From assembly GCA_010405405.1 (NCBI GenBank), contig MU004242.1:791769-855768 (forward strand): a stretch of 64,000 bases of DNA, written 5' to 3'. The notes beneath the pieces were generated by a model. It saw only the letters and a list, made by a program, of their open reading frames with translations. It did not search any database and was not told the origin of the DNA. Shown here in pieces: positions 13,008-25,512 of this stretch. This stretch comes from Microthyrium microscopicum. Its lineage: Eukaryota. Within the stretch, counting starts at the first letter, position 1; each line of letters starts with the position of its first letter. The position numbers and the translations under genes were made by a program.

Positions 13008-13474
13008 ATGCCGGCGTGTTTCAAGCCCTGAACGGGGATGATGGCAAATTCCGTATGCTTCAAAGAACTATCACGACATATAAGTAAAATATTCGTAATT
13101 GAATTCAAAATTGATTAGTTCTCTCTATTACTGAGATTTAGGAGTCAAGTGGCACTATCTGTAATACACTATCCCCAGGATCGAGGTAACGTGTTCTGTA
13201 AATTAAACAAGTGACACAAACGACGAGAGTGAAGTTGGACAAAACTCAGCCTTATGGTCAGCCTAATAGCCCCAAAAGGAAGGTCACATCTTGGCGCGGG
13301 GTCACCCCCTTCCCATCTAGCCTTCTCCAAACCAGATCTACGAAGGCATCACTCATCCCATCACAACTCAACTCCTACCGCACACAAGCTCTTCTCTCTC
13401 TCAAACCTTAACTGAACTCCAATCCCCATCCTACCAACTCTAATCCAACATACACCATCATACCGACCGCAGTC

Positions 13475-14561
13475 ATGCCTCCCCCAAACCTAACCGTACG
13501 CTCCCCCCTCCTGCCGTACCCAGCTACCATCCCATCCTACCCCAACTAACAAACCCCAGACAAAACTAAAAGTCCACCTAAAAATGTCCATCCAACGCCT
13601 CCGAACCCTCCAAGCAAAACAAACCGCCATCGCCAAATCCCAACGCCGCGCAATGGCCGACCTCCTCTCCACCCACAAACTCGAATCCGCACGGATCCGC
13701 GTAGAAGCCATAATCCGGTCTGACATCACCACCGAATTGCACGAGATTCTGGAACTATACTGTGAACTACTCCTAGCACGTATAAGTTTGTTGGATGGAC
13801 CACTACTCATCACGAACGCCGACAATAGTACACGGATAGTTGGAGGCAAGAGTGGGATGGCGGAAAGTGAGGCAAATGTATTGGATGATGGGTTGGATGA
13901 GGCGGTGAGAAGTATTATGTATGCGGCGCCCAGGGTGGAGATTAAGGAGTTGCAGAGTGCGAGGGCGTTGTTGGTGGAGAAGATGGGGAAGGAGTATGCG
14001 GTTTCTGCTAGTGAGGCGAAGGGTGTGCCGGAGAGGGTTGTTAAGAGGGTCAGGGTGGAGACGCCCAAGAAAGAGTTGGTTGATGCGTATTTGAGGGAGA
14101 TTGGACGGACGTATGGGGTGAGGTTTCCGGGGGATCCAGAGACGGACGACGAAGTCGATGAGGACGAAGCTGAGGCCGATGATGCTGGGGACGAAGAAGG
14201 AAAGGCTGACGGTGGCGATGATGATGGTGAGGCCGGCGGAGGAAAGAAAGTCAGCACTTTAGAAAGGGAAGACTTGGCCAGAGCCACACCGCCGAGGGAT
14301 TTGGGCGAGACGAGGAGTCCACTACGCATCGCGCCGCCGAGTCCGAGTACAGAAAATCCAGGGCCTACAGTCAAACTACCAGGCGGAGCTGCTCCCAAGC
14401 CTGTGGCGAAACGCAAGAAGAGTGCGTCTACCGAAGCTCCCAAGACGACTACGGGGACTACACCAAAGCCAAAGGCGAAGGACAAGGCTGATGGTCCAGG
14501 TGGTCAAATACCGGATGTTGATGAACTTACCAAGCGATTTGCGGCGCTGAAGAGAAAGTGA
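13475..14561 (+). CDS. IST1: ESCRT-III-associated regulator of Vps4, Ist1
   Basis: ATG 13475, intron 13496-13559. Motifs KLKVHLKMSIQRLR, SARIRVEAIIRSD, ELYCELLLARI and YAAPRVEIKEL, plus the C-terminal MIM-like DVDELTKRFAALKR. Confidence 0.93.
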
Positions 14562-15298
14562 GAAGGCGCTGCAGTGAACGTAGACTCGATTTTGGTGCCT
14601 TCATGTATACACAGGGCGTTTCCAAGATTTATACATACGATACCCTTGATAGTCACTGTTGTTAAACGTGGTTTCAAAGTGCGCGTGAAAAGCATAGGAG
14701 ATTTCCAACGACCACTAGGATCGTCTCATGCTATCTCCTGCTCTATTATTCATTGTCTAGTTAAGCTAAGGTTGCAAGCCGAGTGCAAGCCAAGTATAAA
14801 TGAGCCTTGACGTAAACCCAATGCGAAAGTTTCCAACATTCATCAACGAAAGGGTATCTTGCCGGATAAGCGAAAGCAAAGAATTGAAGTAGTGATAAAG
14901 GGTAGATTGCTCCAATTGGTGGTATAGCAAACCCAATATGGTAAAAGCGATTGGTTTTGGTAGAGAAAAGAAATATCGGCAAAGCTCATCGTGCGTTGGG
15001 CTGCTCGAAATATGGTAGGTGGGCGCAATAGGCGTTGTAAACGAGCCGTGTAGATGGAATATCCATAAAGTGCGCCGAAATGGTGTATGCTCGCAATGCA
15101 ATGCTGTAAAGACAAAATAGTATCCTCCCCAAATTTGCTGGGCGAGTATCTGCGTCCAGTTGGAAGAAAAAAGGCCAGTGAAAACTCCGTGCAATGCAAT
15201 TAGGTATTAGAATGTTGAAGCCATGTAGTGTTCCCCTTCCTCATCAATGATATTTGGTTATTTCATGCGAATCGACAAAAGGCCAGGCTTTGTCAAAA

Positions 15299-16617
15299 CT
15301 ATGGTTTCGCATGGCCAAAAAGAATGTCGTTGTCGCTGACAACAGAAGGACTTCGTTCGCGAGGGCCGTCGCTAGCAATACTACTGCTTTCGCCGACTGT
15401 CCACTCGTCGTCGGATCGTGCGGGGTGATAATATCCGTCGTTTAGTTCCGTGAAACCATTGTCGGCTTCGCCAATTTCCACGAAATCGTAGTCCCAGCGC
15501 AGGGATTTATCAGCTTGCATTCGCGGGATCCATTTAGCTTTGGCTACGAAAAAGCAAACACCGGCCACTAGATCAGGGATTAGCTAGATGTTAAGGACAA
15601 GTATATTCCCAGCAAATAAGGCGCTGAGGAATAATAAATAGGTTAAAAAAGATATGAGTGCTTACGTAGGCTACCTGCGACCAGATCAATTGCGTAATGA
15701 TGCGACAAGTACATTGTGGCCCACCAAATCCATAATGTGTAGGAGAACCATAGAGCGGCAAATCTCGGGAAGCAATGGGCCATGAATAATGCTTCTAGAG
15801 TTGCATTTGCGGAATGCAAACTTGGAAATGCACCGAAAACCTGTGGACTGGCCGTGAAAGTGCTTGTGTACAAGTCCACGCCAAACAGTTTGTCTATGGC
15901 GGCCAAACCAGCAGGAGATCCATGAACGCTGTAGTTTGCTGGGACTAGACCATACATATTTTCGTACCATGGAGGACTACATGGGAATATCAGTTGAATG
16001 GCGACTCCAGCAATGTTCATGTATCCAAAGGTTTTCGCAAACATTGGGGCTAATCCTGGAGGTCCAGCGATGAAAAGTATTAGAGTGACCACAGCAGGAG
16101 CACCGAAATGTGTGATTCCATAGGGAAACCAGGCTAGAACGTCCAATACCCAATGTTTGTGCGCGCTGAGAATATTGCTTAGGTTGGCGCCGTAAAAGAT
16201 GTTTTCGAGCGCAGGGAGGACGGAAACCCAAGGTTCGGGGCGGATAGAGCTTGGGATGAATTTACACGAGTAAAAGAGTACTAGCCAGCCAGCGATTGGG
16301 AGAAAAGGTAGGAAGAATTGTCGGGTCATAGGTATTAGGAGGGAGAGAATGACCAGCGCGGAGACAAAGGTTCGGAAGAGTGGACTTGGAAAAGCCATTA
16401 TGGAGAGACAGAAAACGGCGAGTATGATTAGGAGAAGGTATTGCGCGTCGTATATGGACCATTGGTGATTCTTAAGCGACCGGAGTGTATCGGCGGGAGA
16501 AAGGGAAGACTCGAGTCCAGTGATGGCAGAGGCAGGTGAGTTGCCAGAGCGTATTCTCGATTTTGTGGCCCTCCATTTTCTGCGCAACTTTCGCGGCACC
16601 AGCGTTCGCAGTGCCAT
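15299..16617 (-). CDS. AUR1: Inositol phosphorylceramide synthase (aureobasidin A target)
   Basis: Motifs RQFFLPFLPI, VLPALENIFYGANLS, PCSPPWYE, FGAFPSLH and ATMYLSHHYAIDL. An intron at about 15570-15666 precedes the RWDYDFVEIGE tail. Confidence 0.95.
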
Positions 16618-19247
16618 TGTGTAAAGGGTGTATGGCGGAGCAGCGTGGTGGTGGAGGATGAATGTAGCGCTGGGTTCGATGACGGTGTCCCAGGACGCGA
16701 AGGCGGGTGGCGGGAAGAACGGGAGAGGTGTAGGAAGAGGGAGAAGTGGGCGGTCGCGGTGAGAAGGGAAAGCTGGAGGAAAATGAAGCTTTCTTGAAGG
16801 TTTAATGGCAGCAGGAGGTTGTGGGAGTAGGAGTAGTAAACGGATTGAAGAGTTGAGAGGCAAGAGGAACTGGATGGGACTGGAGAAGAGACGACAGTGC
16901 AGTGTAAGAGTAAAGACTAAGGATTGAAAGGGTAAGGAACGACGGGCGTTTTGGGGCAGGGACGACGCTGGTTGGTTCGGCAGTCGCGGATCTTGGCAGG
17001 ATCAAAGATGGCTTCTTAGTTCTGGGAACTTGGGAAGGCGCTGTTGGGATTTTGTGGTTTGTCCTTTCCCGTTTTGCAGGCCAAGCATTAGCAAGCAGAA
17101 CAAACCAGGCAGGCACAGTTGACGACCAGGGAAACCACGACTCAACAGCAATTGTACTACAGTCTACCACAGACGAGAGACAAGGAATAGGATAAAGCTG
17201 TTCGCATTCGCTAAATTGCTTAGTAAATCCAAAATTCCAAAATAGATCTAGGGTTGTACAGTATCTTGATGTTGATGGATCGCGAGCTTTGAGCACCACG
17301 CTGGCATTTGACAATTCACTCTGCATTATTTACTGACCACTGACAACCACAACCTATTTTTCTTCATATAAAAACCCAGACACTGTACAAAGTTATTGAG
17401 TTTCAAAATACACATTCCCAGTACAGTCTGAGTAATCCCCGCAGTCTAAAGCTGCGATTCTGCCTCATGTCTCATGTTTTCCAACATGACTTGTCATCCA
17501 CCATCCATTGCCGCCTTTGAAACTGCCCTCAAACAGCTTTTTCGATTCCTACTTCCACATCATCACGTCCATAACTCACTCAATTATCTTGTTCTTTCGT
17601 AGAGAAATCAACACAGCAATTCTTGCACCAATTCACACCAAGCAGTTCCAAATTGCTCGTGATTACAAGAAGTAAACTAATGCATAATGCTAGACGTCCG
17701 TTAAGATCCGAATCGCCCGATCATTCACTTGACCCTTCGGCCCTACAATCCTTCCGGATCCGAGAGACATGCTTACAGACCGCCCAAAATTCAGATCCAT
17801 CTCCATCCACATTAACAGTTGTGTAGCTCAACGTTAGATTAATCATTCCTGACATCACCACTTCCTACACCCAAACTCAGCCTAATCCACATGCAATTCT
17901 TCACCCGTTAAGTTGATGACCGTTGAAGAGCTCTGCAAGATAAGATCTCAACTGTCTGCAAGGGCCCCAGATACACTTTGCCCTTTGCGATTATTCTGCA
18001 TGGCCGCCCAAGTCGACAGCCAGTCGCAGTGCCAGGAAGCTCAGTCATTGACAGTCAGCACGGTAAATAGCAGCGCGCTAAATAATATTAGCGTGTATGA
18101 AGCGAACTAGGATGCGGAATGACATCAAAATTCTCAAATCTGAGCAAAATTCGGCGGCGTTCCACAGTCGGTAAAATGCTCTGAAATCGTCTTTTGCTTA
18201 ACTCCAACCACTCGTCAAAAGTAACAAACTTATCCCGATATCATACTACAGACACAATACAATAGAGCAACATCGATTAGCAATTTCGTCATCTAATAAT
18301 TCACGGTACCCTAGGAGATATGTGCAATTGGGCCGTCAAGTCTAGAATTTTGGCAGCAAGCACAGTCCATCTCTGTCGCGTGCGCTTCTTCATTTTCCTT
18401 TCCCACGCGATGGCACTTGTGGCGCTCTTGCCCAATCTTTTTTTGGTTCCGATGATTATTGGCTCATGGAAATTGTAAATGAGGCTGATATAATTTCCGA
18501 AAAGGGGTTCATTTCTTGAACGAAGCTTTAGGGGATTTATTGTTTTTGGACTTTTCTCCTATTGCGTACCAGTTTTGACTCTTGAGCTAGAGTTTTACTG
18601 CCTACTACTGCAAGGAGGTTTATGGTCTTGTACTGGTACAAAGGATCTGACGTGCCTATGGATAGATATGACTAGGTTTGGTAATGTATGGCAACATGAC
18701 CCCTACGGTTTGGTAGGATTTAATCAAATCCTTTGTTGCGGCTCTTCGGTTCCTTTGGAGGTCCTTGCTTCGATCGTTGGAGGTTATTACGACGACTGAA
18801 GTGGTTAAGTTAACTACATGTTAAGAAGAAATAATGCTTTTCTATTATATGCGTGTATTGATAAACCGAACTGTTTCTGAGATCACATTTCAATTTGGAG
18901 AAAGTATCAACAACCCTTTTACGATATATTACAAGAAAAAATATCAAAATCCAGCTGCCATATAAAGACCAGTCAATACCGTTACAAAGATTTTTTCTTT
19001 ATACCTCACTGACAGTATGCAAAGTCATATTGTTCAGCAACATAATCGCCAACAAAATTTGCAAAACTATGAACAAGGTAAGAAATCATAAATGCCGAAC
19101 CCACAAAATGTCTACTGATACTATCAGCCAACGTTTAAATTTAGATCCTTTCGTCTCCTTGTCCTCCTTTGAATGTTGTTTTGGGGATTTAAACTCAACC
19201 ATTTAGATCCAAACATCAGCCCTCCATACTGTGCTCAACTCAATGAA

Positions 19248-19274
19248 AACTGATAACTGATAACTGATAACTGA
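19248..19274. repeat. Short tandem repeat (AACTGAT)x~4
   Basis: AACTGATAACTGATAACTGATAACTGA read directly. Confidence 0.8.
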
Positions 19275-19331
19275 GAAATGAGATAATAGAGTAGCATAGT
19301 AATAGTAATATACGCTGCTGGAAACTTCTAG

Positions 19332-19590
19332 TACCAACTCACTTCAACTCCCTCCCTTGACAAAACAGGCTGGGAACACATTGTATCCTCCACCAATCCA
19401 CATTGTCGCCCTCCCAAAGAAGCATTCATCCTACACCTTCCAGATGAGCTCCTCAGCAAAATCATCTCTCTAGCCGACGCAGTTCCAGGCTCAACGCATC
19501 ACCATCTGATCTCGCCATTGTCCTATCCTGGCCTGAAAGTCTCCTGCACTTTGACTTTGGGAAGAATCCGGAAGACAACTGTAAAGTGAA
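19332..19590 (+). pseudogene. Possible F-box gene relic
   Basis: One frame reads AFILHLPDELLSKIISLA (F-box-like) but has no ATG and is bounded by stops. Confidence 0.3.
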
Positions 19591-21021
19591 ATCCACCTAC
19601 AATCTCGCTATCATTTCGTCCCTCCTGTCTCCTCGCGCTTCGAATCACTCAGCATCGGCTCCCTTTTTGGAGCATCAGAGCCGTTCGATAGCTCAATCTT
19701 TTCAGCTTTGAAAAAAGTCGATATCGCGCCAGAGCGTGTCAGCACTACTGGCGCTAAGACATGGCACTAATCTCGCGCTCTGCGTTGGGTCTTACCTACG
19801 GTTCTTCAAATAACTGTAGAAAGGTAGAGAGCCCGGAAAATGTGGAGCCGCGGTATCTAGCATGGCAGGTGGAACTTGTGAGTTCGGCGAAGGGATGGCA
19901 TCGCAGGGGATTATAGGTGAACAGAGGATATGATGGATGAATTGAAAGTGCGAGAAAGGTTCGAGGTAAGAGCTCGTTTTATAATCGCGGAGATTGATGG
20001 AGGCTTTGGCAGTGTTATCTCAATGAAGGAGGGTTATATTGAGTGTGAGAGTTCTATAGCGAAAACCGTGTAAGAATAATGCCCAGTAGCCAGAGCTAAT
20101 TGCTTTGGTTGTCTTTAGTGGTGAGAATTGTTGAGGATATTTGCTACATGTGTATGGACACTCACAGCCCATTGTTTCGCTGGTCTGTCTGGCTGTTACT
20201 TCACAGCGAAGTTGGCAATAGCCGATCCTTCTCTTGAGAGAAGCTGCACATTAAGACTCTAGGTTCTGTTACTGCGGCGAGGAGATGTAAATACATACCT
20301 CCTACCGAACCACTTGAGGGATGAATGACTCCAAAACGTTCTCTTGGAAGCTCCTTCCAAAGCTGGTGGCTTGACTATCCCTGTGTAGCCCGCGCGTCAA
20401 TAGCTTACGTCAAATGACTGTAACCAGGATTACAATTCCTATTTTCGTATCTATTTGCACAAGGCTAGGCAGTAGCTCCTTCTTTGTTTGTGGGAAATAA
20501 TGGGCGGCGAAGTTCGCGGCTCTGAGATTTTGCGGCACAGTACAATCCTACGATCTACGTAATTACCTAAAGGGTATTCTGATCCATGTTACAGCCTAAT
20601 TAGTACGTAAATAATCCCATGACTTTGATTCCTTGTGTAAATCTGGTTGGCAGTGAGGATTTCATGGAGTTCTTTTGCACGAATGAGCTTGTGGTACTTG
20701 TGAAGAGAGAAAACTTGGAGTAGCATTGAGGCATAGGATGGATGATATCGACTGCGGTTCTTCTCTCCTAGCACGGTACTGATCCTTGAGAAACACCTCG
20801 AAATCCTCAAGCTGCTTCATCCGGTTTAACAGACTTGAGAAGCCTTCCGCAATCATGCCACAGAACAGCAGAGATCGATAATCCATGGCATTCCTGTGTG
20901 GTGAGGATGAAGCCTGCCTAAATCTAGCTGATGGAGTAAGACTGTTATAAATTCTGCGTGCTTCGCAAGAGAATGAAGTCTCAAGTCAAACAAATTCAGC
21001 TTCTACGCTTGGTCAAACGAC

Positions 21022-22340
21022 ATGTATCCCTCTACTAGCTTTATTGGCCTCTTTGGCTTGTTTGCCGTTGGTTCAGCCAATCCTGTCAACAATCTTGGTC
21101 CAAGAAACACTCTTGCAATTGACCCAAACCTGTTCAACACTATCAGTCGCTACGAACAGTTTGCAGCAGCAGCATACTGCGATGCAAATATTGGAGGTTT
21201 TACGGCTGTCGGATCCCCCTTGAGGTGTTCTAGAACAAACAATTGTCCAGACGTCGAGAGCTCAAGGACACAGATTGTTGCGGTGCTGCCACCGTAAGTA
21301 TTGCCTCTATCCCGACTGTTTTTCGACTGAGTTTGAAGACTAATGCGTTTTAGGACCAGCATCATCAATCCAGACGGCACTCGCGGCTACATCGCAGTTG
21401 ACAGTTCAAATTCCACAATCGTGGTCGCTTTCCGAGGAACACTAAGCATAGAGAACCAGCTGGCCAATCTTCAAATTGCTCATGTCCCAGTTGGTCCTGA
21501 CTTATGCCTTCCTCCAAAGACAGATTGCACAGCCCATCGAGGATTCCTTACGTCGTGGGAGTCTGTGAGCACGCTTGTTCTAGATGCGGTGAGCAGATAC
21601 AGTAGTCTCCACCCAACCTTTCGAATTGGAGTCACTGGGCATTCCTTCGGGGGAGCGGTGGCTACGCATGCAGCTGTTGCTCTAAGAAATCGGGGACTGA
21701 CAGTAGACCTCGTGAGTGCTTATCCAACCTCGCAGAAGACCGTACTAGATGAAGAAGTATAAGCTAACACGTGAGACAGGTGACATTCGGTTCTCCTCGA
21801 GTAGGAAATGGCGCTTACGTTGACTACATCCAGTCGCAAAACAGAGGCCAAAATATGCGAGTGGTGCATGCAGACGACAACGTACCAAATAGTCCCGATT
21901 CACAGGATTCATTCAATGGCTTCTACCGACATTTATCACCATCTTATTTCATCAGTACGGCTACTAGTGTCACGCCTACCGCTAACGATGTCACTATGCG
22001 AGCCACACCTGCTGACTTTATCGAAACACTGACTGCAGGAGTTGGCGACGGATATTATAATCGTGCTCACAACTTCTATATCAATGGCATCGCTGATTGC
22101 GCGAATACTAGCAACTTCGCCATTGCCATGATTCCCGAAAACACGAAAAAATTGGGTATCGCATCAGCGGATCTGGCTAGGCAATTTCCAGATACAAAGA
22201 TTGGCAGAGATATAGCTGCGCAACAAGCTGCTCAGCTCGGATTCCAATTTGTCAGGAATATCGCCCCACTGTTGCCTCCAGGCACAGTACCGCAAGAAAT
22301 CTTGAACGGGGTGATTCCTGTAAATTTGTTGATGACTTGA
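21022..22340 (+). CDS. Secreted class 3 lipase; 3 exons
   Basis: Signal peptide, FAAAAYC, IVVAFRGT, HRGF, VTGHSFGGA, TFGSPRVGN, RVVHADDNVP and the catalytic His in AHNFY. Confidence 0.93.
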
Positions 22341-22491
22341 TGTCAGTCAACAGCAGGTACTTGGTATTTTCGACAGGACAACTTTGGTTGACAAAGGAAA
22401 CTTCTCAGTCTCTTGATCAAAGTTTAGCACACTCTTTTCAATGAAAATGGTCTTCCAATTTGCTCTTTTTGCTGAATTGTCCTCTAAATCT

Positions 22492-23376
22492 CTATGAAAA
22501 TTTGCTTTTGAACTCGCTGATTGATGCGACCTGTTCTGTAACGTTGACCATTAAACTACAAAACGCGGGATCATATGGCGGACAGAGCAACCCACCGTGT
22601 GCTCCATAGAGAAACTGACCTGAAAACTGCGGACCTCCTGGGATATCGACCGAACTACAATAAAGCACAGTTCTGTCGAAATGAAGTCGAGCATTATATG
22701 TTTTAACTTGCGAAGTCGATCTAAAACCTAGTTAGCAAATTGGATCTGAGACAATTCTTAGTTTCAACATATCCTCTTGCAAGACTCACCCGTTGAATTG
22801 AGGTACACCATACATGATTTCAATTTTGGCAGAAGTGAACGGACATTCAGTATAATTTTGATTTGGCGGAGGCTTCAAGTCTCTCAAATCTTGCTCTTCC
22901 CAGTCGATTGGTCTCCATTTTATGAATTGCTTCCTGTCTTCCGGGACGTTCCTCTCGCCCTCGATAGCTCTTGGGTATGATTGGCACGTTTCCCACTTGC
23001 TGGCTGATCTAAGTTTTCCTTCTATCACATCCATTTTGGCTCGACCAGTACAACGGATTGGATTATCCGGTAAGATCCAACCACAAGGTGGGCTGAGTTG
23101 CGGACTAAGACATTGAAGGATACCAAAAATGCCGAGATCACCTTTTGGGCATCCTTGACATTTGTTCAAGTAAGTACGATATAGATTGAAGGACATCTCG
23201 ACTTCTGGGGCTGCTCCCTTCGGGTCAGCCCATTTCTTGAGCTGCACATATTCGATCTCCCATTGGTTATCTGAGTTCGGGAAAATGCGTCTAGGAGTCT
23301 CGCGATTGCCGGAAGTCTTCTGCGATTTTGACAATTTGAAGTAGCTTGCAACGAGTAAAAGAATTGCCAGAAGCAT
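22492..23376 (-). CDS. Secreted/membrane-anchored Cys-rich hypothetical protein (~270 aa); 2 exons
   Basis: Hydrophobic start MLLAILLLVASYF. An intron at about 22721-22789 (GTGAGT..CTAAC..TAG) continues the frame as GSTSQVKTYNARLHFDR...SKFS*. About 10 Cys. Confidence 0.65.
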
Positions 23377-24053
23377 GATTGAATGGACAATGGAACCTGT
23401 TGTACGAAGCCAGATCCAAACTTCTGGGGAAAATGAAGTTGAAGAGCCTGTTTGGAACAAAAGGAATACGGTAATTCGAGTTCCGCAGTTGCAATTATTC
23501 CAAGTGGGCTCAGAGGGCTTCTTATTTTACAGGGCCAGTTACCAGCAAGCTTACGATCCTACAGCCTACAGGCATCTTATACAGCTGCCAGGGGAGCACA
23601 ATATAAATCTCACTGGCAGGATTCAAAGGGCCCCAAGTAATCTCTAACCCTCACAGGTTGGTTACACCAACTCAAAGTATACTAGTCATGGTGTCAAGTG
23701 AAAAAATACCAATTGTTTCCCATTTTTTGTCCGCATTTGAACAGAATGTTTGAGTTTCGACCAACGGTCGCACTATTCCAAATTGGTTTGGGAAGGATTC
23801 GAAGTGGATTTGAATATATTTGAAGTACCGCAGTGATAGTGTACGAAAGCAGCCCCTACATTTAGGCACGCCAAAGGAGAACCCTTCAGCATTACTGTGC
23901 CGCAGTGTTTGCGCTCGATGTCACCGTTAGGTTGGGATAAGAGCAAGTCTATCATTTACTACAGATTCCATGATGTATAGAAGAACTCTTGAACATTCTT
24001 TGTATTCGATCTTTGGGCAATTTTTTGAATTGCCAAAGACGCCACTGTCAAGA

Positions 24054-24922
24054 CTACAAGTACTGGACGAAGAATTCTGAGATGATTCCATATCCCCGTT
24101 CAAACTCCCTCCTCGACTTTTGATCTTGCAAATTGGCTCTGATGGACATGTTGGTCTGATGATCACTATTGTATTATGTAATGACTCACCTAGCTCCCAT
24201 CCATCCATGATTCATATCATGAAATGTCTCAAGAACCTTCTCCCCAGTCAAGTTCGCCCCAAATTTCTCAACCTCACTCTGATCCTCCTCTCCACTTGGC
24301 AGCATGGCAAAAGGGATCTTGATGGTCTTTGCATCCTCCGGATCTAACAAGCTTGGATGGACTTGAGCAGCCGCTTTCCACCCAAGCCCTTCTTCTGTGC
24401 CGCTCGACAGCATGATGACTTTTCCTCCCCAGCAAAGTCCCAGAGCGCCCCATGACTTAACACCTTTGGTCTCAGTGACTTCAGAAAGAATACCTGGCAG
24501 TCGCGAAAGGCTTAGGGAAGGAACTGCGCGCTCTTGGAAGAAAGGTCCTATTTTAGCTTGATCTGTTGGGCTTGCGTCTGGAGCAAACCATGCAGCTTGT
24601 GCTGGAGTTCCATCGAAAAAATCTGGGACAATGACGAGATAAGGATTTTCTTTACTGGAGTAGGCGAGGATGTCAGCGCCCTGAAGGGTTTGAGAACAGA
24701 AGCCGAAGATATCAAAGACCATGAGAATGCCTCTGGTAGCTGCGGCAGGACCAGTGATATCTAGTTCTTTTATTAGAGCCTGTTCTGCTAGATCTAGCAT
24801 ATTCGATCTGGAGACCACTAACAGGTGTTGGTGCCATCAACTGTAACATAATATCCCCTGGGTTTGTAATTTTCTACTACAGCGGGAGCTGTTGTACAGC
24901 AAGATTCTGAAGGTTTCGACAT
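24054..24922 (-). CDS. Dienelactone hydrolase family protein; 3 exons
   Basis: N-terminus MSKPSESCC..PAVV..YKPRG, then DIFG, VPDFF, nucleophile GLCWGG, HPS and HGWMGAR. Confidence 0.92.
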
Positions 24923-25178
24923 GATCTAGATGTGGAAATAACCGTTGATTAATGCTTTTAATGAATTGTTGGAATTGATAGTTCGAATTTAGTAGCATTC
25001 CAAAGATGGGAAACTTCCTCCTCCTTAAGTATGGCTTTCATCTTGACTGATCACACAGAAATCCTACGTCACAGGTCATTTTCATCGCTTTCAAACATTT
25101 GAACATCTGGACTGCAACGGTATAGGAATAATGGTGCTGAGGTTTAAAGAACTCCGAGCAGTTGTTGTAGATCTTAAG

Positions 25179-25230
25179 TCCGATTACCGGATCGGACCTT
25201 GAGCAGCATGCGATTCTCGGATCGGAGAAT
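25179..25230. promoter_or_regulatory. Candidate Zn2Cys6 binding sites in a divergent promoter
   Basis: Two CGGATCGGA copies (25188, 25218), each associated with a short inverted repeat, between the divergent hydrolase and DHA1 genes. Confidence 0.35.
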
Positions 25231-25512
25231 TTTCGCCACTCGAGAAGGATGCGAAAAGTGTAGTCTTGCTCGCAAGACATCACAACACGATATCTTCGTG
25301 GGTAATACTCGATGAACCATGATCGCTAATCTTGTACTACCAGGAAAGAATGACGCACGAGGGTAGGATAAGAGCTTTGCTATATATAATGGAAAGACTT
25401 GCTCGATATCTTCAGTCTGTTATAGTTCGTCAACAATCAAATTCTTCGAATATCTCATTTGGTTGTGTTTACATTCGATCGAACTCCATTATATCACCAT
25501 ATCTCCAATACA

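Noticed and set aside
13490..14485. 331-aa antisense ORF over IST1
   Set aside because: Low-complexity shadow of IST1 codon usage with no recognisable domain.
16618..16863. In-frame N-terminal extension of AUR1 from a TTG
   Set aside because: A pyrimidine-rich 5' leader lacks stops by composition, and similarity to Aur1 starts at the ATG at 16617.
16900..19200. Short ORFs upstream of AUR1
   Set aside because: Mostly non-ATG starts with no protein-like features; consistent with a long promoter or intergenic region.
24841..24860. Apparent frameshift in dienelactone hydrolase exon 1
   Set aside because: Careful reverse-complementing gives an intact PRGYYVTVDGTNT frame up to the intron.
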